From the NCBI GenBank assembly GCA_049967695.1, contig JBMFSF010000001.1, positions 925-64,924 of the forward strand: 64,000 nucleotides of DNA, given 5' to 3'. The position numbers and the translations under genes are program-made. The stretch is from Candidatus Micrarchaeia archaeon (GTDB lineage Archaea > Micrarchaeota > Micrarchaeia > Micrarchaeales > Micrarchaeaceae). A model generated the notes under the pieces. The model made no database searches. It saw only the letters and a list, made by a program, of their open reading frames with translations, and was not told the DNA's origin. Below are positions 57,501 to 64,000 of the stretch, one piece after another. The stretch's first letter is position 1, and each line of letters opens with the position of its first letter.

Positions 57501-58160
57501 ATGGAGTTTGAAAAGATTTTTGAAGGCGTATATAAGATAGGAGGCAAGCTCGCCACCAAAAATCTTGTTCCTGGTTCTAAGGTGTATGGGGAAGAGCTTG
57601 TGGAATATGGTGGCGTAGAGTACCGTTTGTGGAATCCTTATAGAAGCAAGCTTTCTGCAGCCATAATAAACAACATGAAAAGTTTTAATATAAAAGAAAA
57701 CGACAGAGTTTTATATCTTGGTGGTGCAACTGGCACAACTTCTAGCCACATAAGCGATATAATTGGCTTGGGGGGGGCACTTTTTGCTGTAGAAATCTCT
57801 GAAAGAAACATGCGCCAGCTTATAGAAGTGTGCTCTATGAGAAAAAACATGGTCCCCCTGCTGGCAGATGCAAGAGACATAAGCACATATGCTTCTATAG
57901 TAAGGAAGTGTGATATATTATACCAAGATGTTTCATCGAAAGAACAAGCTTCTATACTGAATGCAAACTCAGCGCTTCTAAAACAGGGCGGCTACGCCTA
58001 TTTTGCAATAAAATCGCAGAGCATTGATGTGTCAAAGAATCCAGAAACCATCTTCCATGAGACCCTGTCCGAAGTATCGGAAAAATTCAAAATAATAGAA
58101 AAAATAAAAATAGAGCCGTTCGATAAAATGCATTTATTTGTAGTGCTTCAAAAGAGGTAA
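57501..58160 (+). CDS. flpA: fibrillarin (rRNA/tRNA 2'-O-methyltransferase)
   Basis: YRLWNPYRSKLSAAI, VLYLGGATGTTSSHISDI and DARDIS...DILYQDV are hallmark fibrillarin motifs. Confidence 0.95.
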   Translation: MEFEKIFEGVYKIGGKLATKNLVPGSKVYGEELVEYGGVEYRLWNPYRSKLSAAIINNMKSFNIKENDRVLYLGGATGTTSSHISDIIGLGGALFAVEISERNMRQLIEVCSMRKNMVPLLADARDISTYASIVRKCDILYQDVSSKEQASILNANSALLKQGGYAYFAIKSQSIDVSKNPETIFHETLSEVSEKFKIIEKIKIEPFDKMHLFVVLQKR

Positions 58161-58164
58161 TAGA

Positions 58165-58962
58165 TTGAATATTAAAGAGTATAATAATCTTTTTGGAAAG
58201 CTGGTCTCTGCTAATAACAAAGAGGCCCAGTGTCCCTACTGCGGTGCAGAAAATCATGCTTCTTCAGATATAACAATATGCTTCAATTGCGAGCTTCCAT
58301 TTAGCATATCAGAGCCTGCAAAATACCTTATACCTTTTGGCAGTAGCGAGGCAGAAGTAATGGCTGCTTATGAAAAGCTTTTGGAAGACTCAAAAGATCC
58401 GCTATTAGCATATGCCTATGGCGTTTACCTGCTCAATATTTCAAACAAGATAAAGGAAGGCATATCATACGAAAAAAAGGGTTTTATGGAAGACAACTCG
58501 GATATAGAAAATAGCTCTAAGCTGGCTTATGCAAAGGCTAGGCTATTTTTCAGCAAAGCTGCCTACCTTTCCGAATCCTATATAAAAGCCGGAGAAGCCA
58601 GCCCGCAACACATATACGCTATGCTCGTTTCATACCTCAAGCTTGGCAACATGCGTGCAGCAGCCTACGCTTACGAAAAGCTCAAGGGAATGAGCAACGC
58701 CCCCATGCTTGTTGATTATTCCTCTATGCTGATGTCTTCTGCAAATAAGAATGCCAAAGAGCTGGCTAAAAATTCAACGAGCGTTTTAAACAAATTCTTA
58801 ATTTTCAATTCTTTTTATTATCTGGCTTATGCAAGATATATAAGCAAAGACACAAAAACCGCAGAGCATCTGCTTGAAATGCTTTTGAGCATATATAAGG
58901 ATAACGCAACATTGCAGTCTTTGAAGAATGACATACACCTGCTAGAGCTTAGCTGGAAATAA
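58165..58962 (+). CDS. hypothetical protein: N-terminal zinc ribbon plus a helical (TPR-like) body
   Basis: CPYCGAEN...CFNCELPF, followed by about 200 aa of amphipathic helices rich in A/Y/L. TTG start 4 nt after the flpA stop. Confidence 0.45.
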   Translation: MNIKEYNNLFGKLVSANNKEAQCPYCGAENHASSDITICFNCELPFSISEPAKYLIPFGSSEAEVMAAYEKLLEDSKDPLLAYAYGVYLLNISNKIKEGISYEKKGFMEDNSDIENSSKLAYAKARLFFSKAAYLSESYIKAGEASPQHIYAMLVSYLKLGNMRAAAYAYEKLKGMSNAPMLVDYSSMLMSSANKNAKELAKNSTSVLNKFLIFNSFYYLAYARYISKDTKTAEHLLEMLLSIYKDNATLQSLKNDIHLLELSWK

Positions 58963-60664
58963 AGATAAGCTCATTTTTTTCTTTTTGGTGCATGATGCAA
59001 AAGCCAAATCTTTCAAACTGAATTATCTCATTTTCTTTAATTTCTTTCAGGTAAGGTTCTGCATAACCTTCCAGTATTTCTAGGCTGTTCTTGTCAAACT
59101 TGCCCTCTTTGATAGGATTTTTAGGCACCAGTACTTTGCATTTCAAAAAATCCTCAGGCAGCCACTGTACGGCCTTTATTTTTTCATCCGCGCTTTCGAG
59201 CATCCTAGCCTCATATGCCTCTCCATTTTTTTCTATTTCTATGTAGCACAGGTCTTTCAGCTTTAACTTATTGCTTTTTTCAATATCCTCCTTGCTTATG
59301 TAAATATACTGGTTCAGCTTGTAAGATCTGTATCCTAAATCGTTGGTTGGATGCAACGGAATCTTCACCTCTCTGTCCATACCGTTTATATGACATTTTA
59401 CGGGCTCCTTTACAAAAAATAGCCTTTTGCTTGTTGGGTCTATATACTTCTTGTTTTCCGCCATAAGCATAGAAATATCGACCTTGCTCTCTGTTTTGCT
59501 CATCCCAAATTTCAGAACGAAATCCCTTATGGCTTCTGGCAATATTCCTCTGTTCCTTAATGCAGCTATTGTAACAAGCCTTGGATCATCGTATCCTTCA
59601 AGCAGGCCTTCTTTTATCAGCTGGTTTATCTCTCTTTTATGAGTTATATTATCTTTTATTACAAGCCTTGAATCGCTGTGCATCCTGGGTTTCCTAAGGC
59701 CTGCTGCATCCAACACCTTATAATAGAGCTCGTCTCTTAATTCGTACTCCTTGCTTCTTATTGGGTCGGTTATGCCATGTATGGAATCATTGACCGGCGT
59801 ATTGAGGTCGTAAGTGGGCCACACTATGTACTTGGTCCCCTGCCTGTAATGCCTACTCTTTTTTACCCTCATCAATGTAGGATCCCTCATAACCGTGTTT
59901 GGTGATTGCATATCTCCTTTAAATCTTAAAACCGCCTCTCCCTCATTAAACTTGCCTGAAAGCATGCCTTCAAATTCCTTGAGATTTTCTTCTATTGTCT
60001 GTGTTCTATGCTCGCATTCTTTGCCTGCAAGCCTCATTTCTTTCATCTTTTCCCTGCTGCATTTGCATACATAAGCATTTCCTGTTTTTATCAGCTTCCT
60101 TGCCACTTCGTATATAAATTCTATGTTATCGCTAGCGTAATATTCTCCGTCAAATTTTACTCCAAGCCATTCGCAGTCTCTTTTAATCATATCTACATAT
60201 TTTTCAGAATCCTTTTCCGGATTTGTATCATCAAAATATAGGAAGATCTTCCCGTTGTAAATCTTTGCAAACTCGTTTGCCAAATTCAGCGTTTTCGCAT
60301 GACCTATATGCATGAACCCGTTGGGTGCAGGAGCGAACCTGGTGGCAAAGTTGCCATATTCTGCCCCTTCCAATACCATTCTTGGCTTAGAAGTTTCGTC
60401 AACCTTTTTCTTGTACTCCTCTTCGAAAAGAGGCTTGTATTTTGCATATGCGCTTTCCAAATCCTCTTTGGCCATGGAGTTAACTTCTTCAACAACCTCT
60501 TTTATGCTTTTAGATAGCCAAGTCATCTCATTTTTGGATTCCGGAAACTTCGAAAGAATCTTCCCAAGCACCGAATCATATCTGGCCTTTCCATACTCAT
60601 ATGCGTTTTTAATAGTATAAATTCGTATGCTTTCCAATACCTCTTTCATGATTTTTTCTTCCAT
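58949..60664 (-). CDS. gltX: glutamyl-tRNA synthetase, archaeal/eukaryal type
   Basis: RFAPAPNGFMHIGHAKT (HIGH), FDDTNPEK, VWPTYDLNTPVNDSIHGITDPIRSKEY and the KMSKS-like FGMSKT. 571 aa. Confidence 0.9.
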   Translation of the reverse strand: MEEKIMKEVLESIRIYTIKNAYEYGKARYDSVLGKILSKFPESKNEMTWLSKSIKEVVEEVNSMAKEDLESAYAKYKPLFEEEYKKKVDETSKPRMVLEGAEYGNFATRFAPAPNGFMHIGHAKTLNLANEFAKIYNGKIFLYFDDTNPEKDSEKYVDMIKRDCEWLGVKFDGEYYASDNIEFIYEVARKLIKTGNAYVCKCSREKMKEMRLAGKECEHRTQTIEENLKEFEGMLSGKFNEGEAVLRFKGDMQSPNTVMRDPTLMRVKKSRHYRQGTKYIVWPTYDLNTPVNDSIHGITDPIRSKEYELRDELYYKVLDAAGLRKPRMHSDSRLVIKDNITHKREINQLIKEGLLEGYDDPRLVTIAALRNRGILPEAIRDFVLKFGMSKTESKVDISMLMAENKKYIDPTSKRLFFVKEPVKCHINGMDREVKIPLHPTNDLGYRSYKLNQYIYISKEDIEKSNKLKLKDLCYIEIEKNGEAYEARMLESADEKIKAVQWLPEDFLKCKVLVPKNPIKEGKFDKNSLEILEGYAEPYLKEIKENEIIQFERFGFCIMHQKEKNELIFISS

Positions 60665-60674
60665 TATACCATCG

Positions 60675-61289
60675 CTACTTTGTGATCTGGTTTACGCTAC
60701 TGTTCAATTGTGATACATATATCTGGTTGTTTACTACGCTTCCGTTTTTACTTATCATAGCCGCAAACCACACTTCTACTTTGCTTCCTACTGGCATTAT
60801 ATTCATTGATATAGATGTAACATTATTTTTTATAAAAATAGGATAAATATTGCCGTATACACTTGCGTTTATTATATCTGGCAGGCTTATTGTAAGATTG
60901 CCTATCATGCTTGCGTTTTTATCTATGCCTTGCGCAAGAGCTTCTACAGATTCTATATTGCTGCTATTGCGGGTATATACTTTTATCGTGTTATTGCTTA
61001 TGTTTTCTATTTTGTAATTGGAGGAATTCAGCTTTTCTTCAATCTTTTTTATAGATAATGTATTTGCGCTTATTGTTATGCTGTTGCCATACCCTACAAC
61101 TGTGGCATTTACAATTGCTACTGCTCTGTAGCTTGACTGCGGTATGGTGGTTGTTGTAGATGATGGCGGGGAGCCGCTTCCTCCAACCATATAAGAAGAT
61201 ATAAACATCAAGAAAACAAAAATTGCTCCCAAAAAGTACAGCAACTTTTTCTTTTTGTCATCCATAATATTTCCTTTTATTTTATGCAA
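60675..61289 (-). CDS. membrane-anchored extracellular protein with N-glycosylation sequons
   Basis: The N-terminal TM is LLYFLGAIFVFLMFISSYMV. Sequons include NATV, NSSN, NISN, NSSN, NASM, NLTI, NASV, NVTS, NGSV and NSSV. Confidence 0.45.
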   Translation of the reverse strand: MHKIKGNIMDDKKKKLLYFLGAIFVFLMFISSYMVGGSGSPPSSTTTTIPQSSYRAVAIVNATVVGYGNSITISANTLSIKKIEEKLNSSNYKIENISNNTIKVYTRNSSNIESVEALAQGIDKNASMIGNLTISLPDIINASVYGNIYPIFIKNNVTSISMNIMPVGSKVEVWFAAMISKNGSVVNNQIYVSQLNSSVNQITK

Positions 61290-61424
61290 TACAAAGTATA
61301 TTTGCTTTTTGCTTTATTAAATTTTTGTATTTTTACATCAAATCTGACCTATATACCTTTTATGTAAACCTTTCCTATTAGAAAAATATATAAGGTATAA
61401 GAAAAAATATATGTTGCATAAAAC

Positions 61425-61536
61425 GCCAGGGTGGCGGAATCTGGTAACGCGTACGCCCGGAAAAAAATTCTCGTAAGCGTATGGCTTCTCGAAGCCTTTT
61501 GGGTTCAAAAGAAATCTGAAAATCCCAACCCTGGCG
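61425..61536 (+). tRNA. class II (long variable arm) tRNA, most likely tRNA-Ser(GGA), with two 13-nt insertions (anticodon loop 37/38 and T-loop 59/60)
   Basis: GCCAGGG TG GCG GAATCTGGTAA CGC G TACGC [CCGGAAAAAAATTCTCGTAA] GCGTA T-GGCTT-CTCG-AAGCC-TT TTGGG [TTCAAAAGAAATCTGAAAAT] CCCAA CCCTGGC G. The acceptor, anticodon and T stems are perfect. The 3-bp D stem, long variable hairpin and G73 fit Ser. Both loops are 20 nt instead of 7. Confidence 0.7.
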
Positions 61537-61675
61537 CATTTTATGTTATTTTTGTTCTACCTTTTACGGGCTCTTTGTATGAGGAAGATTTAGCAATGCA
61601 AGCAAGAATAAAGCTTTATATGTGCGATAAAAACCTTAAAGAAGAAAAGTGCATTCTTTTTAATTTAGAAAAGAG

Positions 61676-62164
61676 TTATGGGAGGGATAGAGCGCCCGGC
61701 ACATTTACCTTTGCTACAAGGCTTCCACTTACTGTTTTGTGCATTTTATTTTGTGTATAATTTACGGCAAGGTATCCATTGAAAACTGAGCCAACACTTC
61801 CTTTATACCCTTTATTGCCAGCATAGCAGTTTACTTTTACTGCGGTCGATTGGCCAGGCAGCAAGGTAATATGTGGGGTTATAGCATTCATTGTAGGTGT
61901 TGCATTGATGCCGCAGCCTATCGCAGTTATATTCATAACAGTTTCAGTGTTCTGCTGTAGATTTACTATAAGCGTTCCACTTTCATTGAATCTTATATTG
62001 CTGCATGAGAAAGAGCTTGCAGGCAATGCGCAAACACTATGCATGTAAACAACACTATTAAAGCCCCCAAGCTCATAAATCGCAGCTAAGACAACCGCAA
62101 TTAACAATATGGCCCAGCTGTATGTTACCAAATATTCTATTGCGCTTTGCAATCTGCTTTGCAT
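61676..62164 (-). CDS. class III signal peptide (archaeal type IV pilin-like) protein
   Basis: The N-terminus MQSRLQSAIEYLVTYSWAILLIAVVLAAIY carries the QxSxEY-type prepilin motif and a hydrophobic helix. It shares the C-terminal motif GSVFNGYLAVNY with the 52470-53015 product (GSIFNGYLWINY). Confidence 0.65.
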   Translation of the reverse strand: MQSRLQSAIEYLVTYSWAILLIAVVLAAIYELGGFNSVVYMHSVCALPASSFSCSNIRFNESGTLIVNLQQNTETVMNITAIGCGINATPTMNAITPHITLLPGQSTAVKVNCYAGNKGYKGSVGSVFNGYLAVNYTQNKMHKTVSGSLVAKVNVPGALSLP

Positions 62165-62175
62165 GCAAACACTAT

Positions 62176-63105
62176 CTATGATATATTTCCACTATCTATG
62201 GAAGCTATTATGCCATCTATTATGCCGTTTACACCTATGCCTCCGGTAGATCTTACTGCTATCCTGTGGCTTAGGACAGGCCTTGCCAAGAATTTTATAT
62301 CATCTATTGTTGCTTCATTCCTTTGGTGTATAAGCGCCCTTGCTTTTGCGCACTGCATAAAGCTTATCTCTGCCCTTGGGCTTCCTCCCATTACTACGTG
62401 TATGTCTTCTCTTGAAGCATCTACAACCTTTGTGATATAATCAAGTACTTCGTCGCTTATTGCAATCTTTTTTGCATCTGCCTGCAATGCCAATATATCG
62501 TCTATTCCAAGAACTTTTTTTACTTCTATTGTTTCTTCTCTGTCTTTTATCCTTAACATCTCTTTTTCTTCTTCTTGTGAAGGATATGTCACATTTATTT
62601 TCATTAGGAACCTGTCTGCAAGCACTTTCGGTAGTGCCACTGTCCCCTCTATGTTAAGGGGGTTTTGCGTTGCAAAAGCAGTAAACGGCTTTGGCAGAGG
62701 GAAAGTTTGATCTCCTATCGTCACCTGTTTTTCTTCCAGGGCTTCAAGCAGTGCAGACATTACCTTTGGCTGCATCCTATTTAGCTCATCTATAAGAAAC
62801 AAGTTTGTAAATATTGCCCCTTTTTTGATTTTTAAGCGGCCGCTTTGATCCTGGTAGACATAGCCTGCGATATCTGCTATTGAGAGGTCCGGAGTGCCTT
62901 GTACCCTGCCAAATCCTGCGTCTATGATCTGTGCCAGTGTTTTTGTCATTGTTGTTTTTGCGACTCCAGGAACTCCTTCAAGCATAACATTTCCTTGCGC
63001 AATAACCGAAATAAACATTAGCTCTATCACATCTTCTTTTCCTGCAATATGCTTTTTCATTTCCGTCAATACTTGTTCATATAGCTGGTTTAATGGCATT
63101 TGCAT
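62176..63105 (-). CDS. MoxR-like AAA+ ATPase
   Basis: Walker A LEGVPGVAKTTM, Walker B FLIDELNRMQPKV and ATQNPLNIEGTVALPKVLADRF are typical of MoxR/RavA-class ATPases. 309 aa. Confidence 0.9.
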   Translation of the reverse strand: MQMPLNQLYEQVLTEMKKHIAGKEDVIELMFISVIAQGNVMLEGVPGVAKTTMTKTLAQIIDAGFGRVQGTPDLSIADIAGYVYQDQSGRLKIKKGAIFTNLFLIDELNRMQPKVMSALLEALEEKQVTIGDQTFPLPKPFTAFATQNPLNIEGTVALPKVLADRFLMKINVTYPSQEEEKEMLRIKDREETIEVKKVLGIDDILALQADAKKIAISDEVLDYITKVVDASREDIHVVMGGSPRAEISFMQCAKARALIHQRNEATIDDIKFLARPVLSHRIAVRSTGGIGVNGIIDGIIASIDSGNIS

Positions 63106-63166
63106 AACCTTTATAAAATATAATTACATATATATTACTGGTAAAAATTATAAAGGTAGTGAGTAA

Positions 63167-63502
63167 GTGATTGGAAAAGAAATTGCAGAGCCAGAGGTAG
63201 TTCCATTGTATAAAGTGCTTGAAATACTTAACAAAATAGAAAAAAACCGAGAGCTTACTTATGAGCAAAAGGTTTCAAAAGAATATGCTGAATTGTTTAA
63301 GGTAGATGCTAGTAGAATGGAAAAGATAAGGCCAGAACTTGAAAAGCTGGGCATAAGCGAAGTATCAATATCTATTCTGCTTAGTTTTGCTCCAGAGAAT
63401 CCCGAAACAATAAGGCAGATTCTTTCATCTGAAAACAAGAACTTTAATGAAGAAGATATCAATAAAATATCCAAATTATTAAGTGGCAAGGAGAGCAAAT
63501 AA
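63167..63502 (+). CDS. rpoF: DNA-directed RNA polymerase subunit Rpo4 (RpoF)
   Basis: 111 aa. VPLYKVLEILNKIEKNRELTYEQKVSKEYAELF...ELEKLGISEVSISILLSFAPENPETIRQIL follows the Rpo4/RpoF pattern. GTG start. Followed by its usual DUF655 neighbour. Confidence 0.8.
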   Translation: MIGKEIAEPEVVPLYKVLEILNKIEKNRELTYEQKVSKEYAELFKVDASRMEKIRPELEKLGISEVSISILLSFAPENPETIRQILSSENKNFNEEDINKISKLLSGKESK

Positions 63503-63531
63503 AGTAATAAGTATAAGGGGAAGGTGGGTTC

Positions 63532-64000
63532 GTGGAAAGATCTGATAAGAAGGAAGAATACGCAAAGGTACTAGATTTTATGCTTACCGGCAAGCCTTTC
63601 TCAAACAAAGCAGAACCCCTATCCCAAGTTGTTGGCGAGCTTTGGTTTACACTTTTAGAAGTCATACCAAAAGATAACGTAACTTTAACTTTAAACGAAC
63701 GGGTTTATATAGGCATGGCTGAAAGGGACAAGATTGCAATGATAAAGGCAAGGATTCCGTATGAAAAGCTTACCCAAACTGCAAAGAACGAGCTGCCCAT
63801 AGCAGTGGAAGATATCATACGCTCAAACGAGCAGAGGTTTGTTGAATTCTTTAACAAGGCAGCCCCGCTTAACATAAGAGAGCATTCTTTGGCGCTGCTT
63901 CCTGGCATAGGCAAAAAGTATCTACAGCTTATACTTCAAGCGAGAAAGGAAAAGCCCTTTGAAAGTTTTGTAGATATCTCTGCTAGAATACCCTCTTTGC
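63532..64000 (+). CDS. DUF655-family putative RNA-binding protein (partial; runs off the window end)
   Basis: Hand translation from the GTG at 63532: VERSDKKEEYAKVLDFMLTGKP...VVGELWFTLLEV...RIPYEKLTQTAKNELPIAVEDIIRSNEQRFVEFFNKAAPLNIREHSLALLPGIGKKYLQLILQAR. This matches the DUF655 signature and the conserved rpoF-DUF655 gene pair. Not in the ORF track because no stop falls within the window. Confidence 0.8.
   Translation, partial: MERSDKKEEYAKVLDFMLTGKPFSNKAEPLSQVVGELWFTLLEVIPKDNVTLTLNERVYIGMAERDKIAMIKARIPYEKLTQTAKNELPIAVEDIIRSNEQRFVEFFNKAAPLNIREHSLALLPGIGKKYLQLILQARKEKPFESFVDISARIPSL

Noticed and set aside
61452-61481. Reading the class II tRNA as tRNA-Thr(CGT), with the 13-nt intron placed near position 32/33.
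   Set aside because: This reading gives a normal U33. It conflicts with the long variable arm, the 3-bp D stem and the G73 discriminator, which fit Ser. It also places the intron off the 4-3-6-4-3 geometry shared with the other two insertions. I keep it as an explicit alternative in the finding.
28786-61536. tRNA genes as attachment sites of an integrated element or genomic island.
   Set aside because: I saw no integrase, transposase or viral/plasmid hallmark genes next to any of the three tRNAs. I also noticed no partial direct repeat of a tRNA 3' half, although I cannot exclude short repeats without a computed search.
61431-61760. 109-aa ORF in the supplied track starting inside the class II tRNA gene.
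   Set aside because: Its first third is the tRNA sequence itself. The remainder overlaps the 3' end of the convincing pilin-like gene on the opposite strand. It has no motif and an odd composition.
1-64000. CRISPR arrays, rRNA genes, retron/DGR-type elements, toxin-antitoxin pairs.
   Set aside because: I saw no regularly spaced direct repeats. The only tandem repeats are the 13-mer at 2312 and the 11-mer at 14466. I recognised no reverse transcriptase or cas-like motifs, no rRNA-like conserved stretches and no small paired ORFs with typical toxin-antitoxin features.

Overview
The window is an AT-rich, densely packed archaeal chromosomal segment. All calls come from reading the supplied ORF translations and the DNA by eye. 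No database search or RNA-folding program was run, so family names are motif-level recognitions.

The archaeal assignment rests on these genes:
- ribosomal proteins eL34 and eL43
- RNA polymerase subunits Rpo4 and Rpo12
- a TBP-type repeat and histone-fold proteins
- fibrillarin, SRP54 and SecY
- proteasome alpha subunit, SBDS and exosome subunits Rrp4/Rrp41/Rrp42
- an archaeal-type GluRS

The core content falls into these groups:
- the tail of the ribosomal cluster (DUF106 gene, eL34, cmk)
- a dsrE-tusA-sqr-like sulfur-relay trio
- porGDAB (pyruvate:ferredoxin oxidoreductase)
- nuoHIJKLMN, with no nuoABCD beside it
- SRP54 and a DRG GTPase
- a DUF929 / membrane / V4R operon abutting secY
- the proteasome-exosome superoperon
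- ADP-forming acetyl-CoA synthetase (beta and alpha subunits) followed by an aminotransferase
- a two-component system, made of a soluble GAF/PAS histidine kinase and a wHTH-REC regulator with a degenerate GGDEF-like domain
- two paralogous proteins with class III (type IV pilin-like) signal peptides
- a MoxR ATPase
- many membrane-anchored proteins rich in N-glycosylation sequons

The RNA genes are tRNA-Asn(GTT), tRNA-Arg(TCT), a class II tRNA (probably Ser-GGA) and a compact RNase P RNA.

The most notable observations are:
- a stand-alone single-repeat TBP
- three 13-nt intron-like insertions of identical geometry in two tRNAs, two of them in the T-loop at position 59/60
- the short RNase P RNA lying about 5-8 nt from the stop codon of a histone gene
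- the GGDEF-like response regulator linked to pilin-like and adhesin-like genes
- the translationally coupled DUF929(CxxC) / GCGC-membrane / V4R operon next to secY

The noncanonical tRNA introns, reduced RNase P RNA, scattered conserved operons and sequon-rich surface proteins fit a small-genome DPANN/ARMAN-like archaeon. This lineage placement is an inference.

I saw no CRISPR array, transposase, integrase or rRNA gene.
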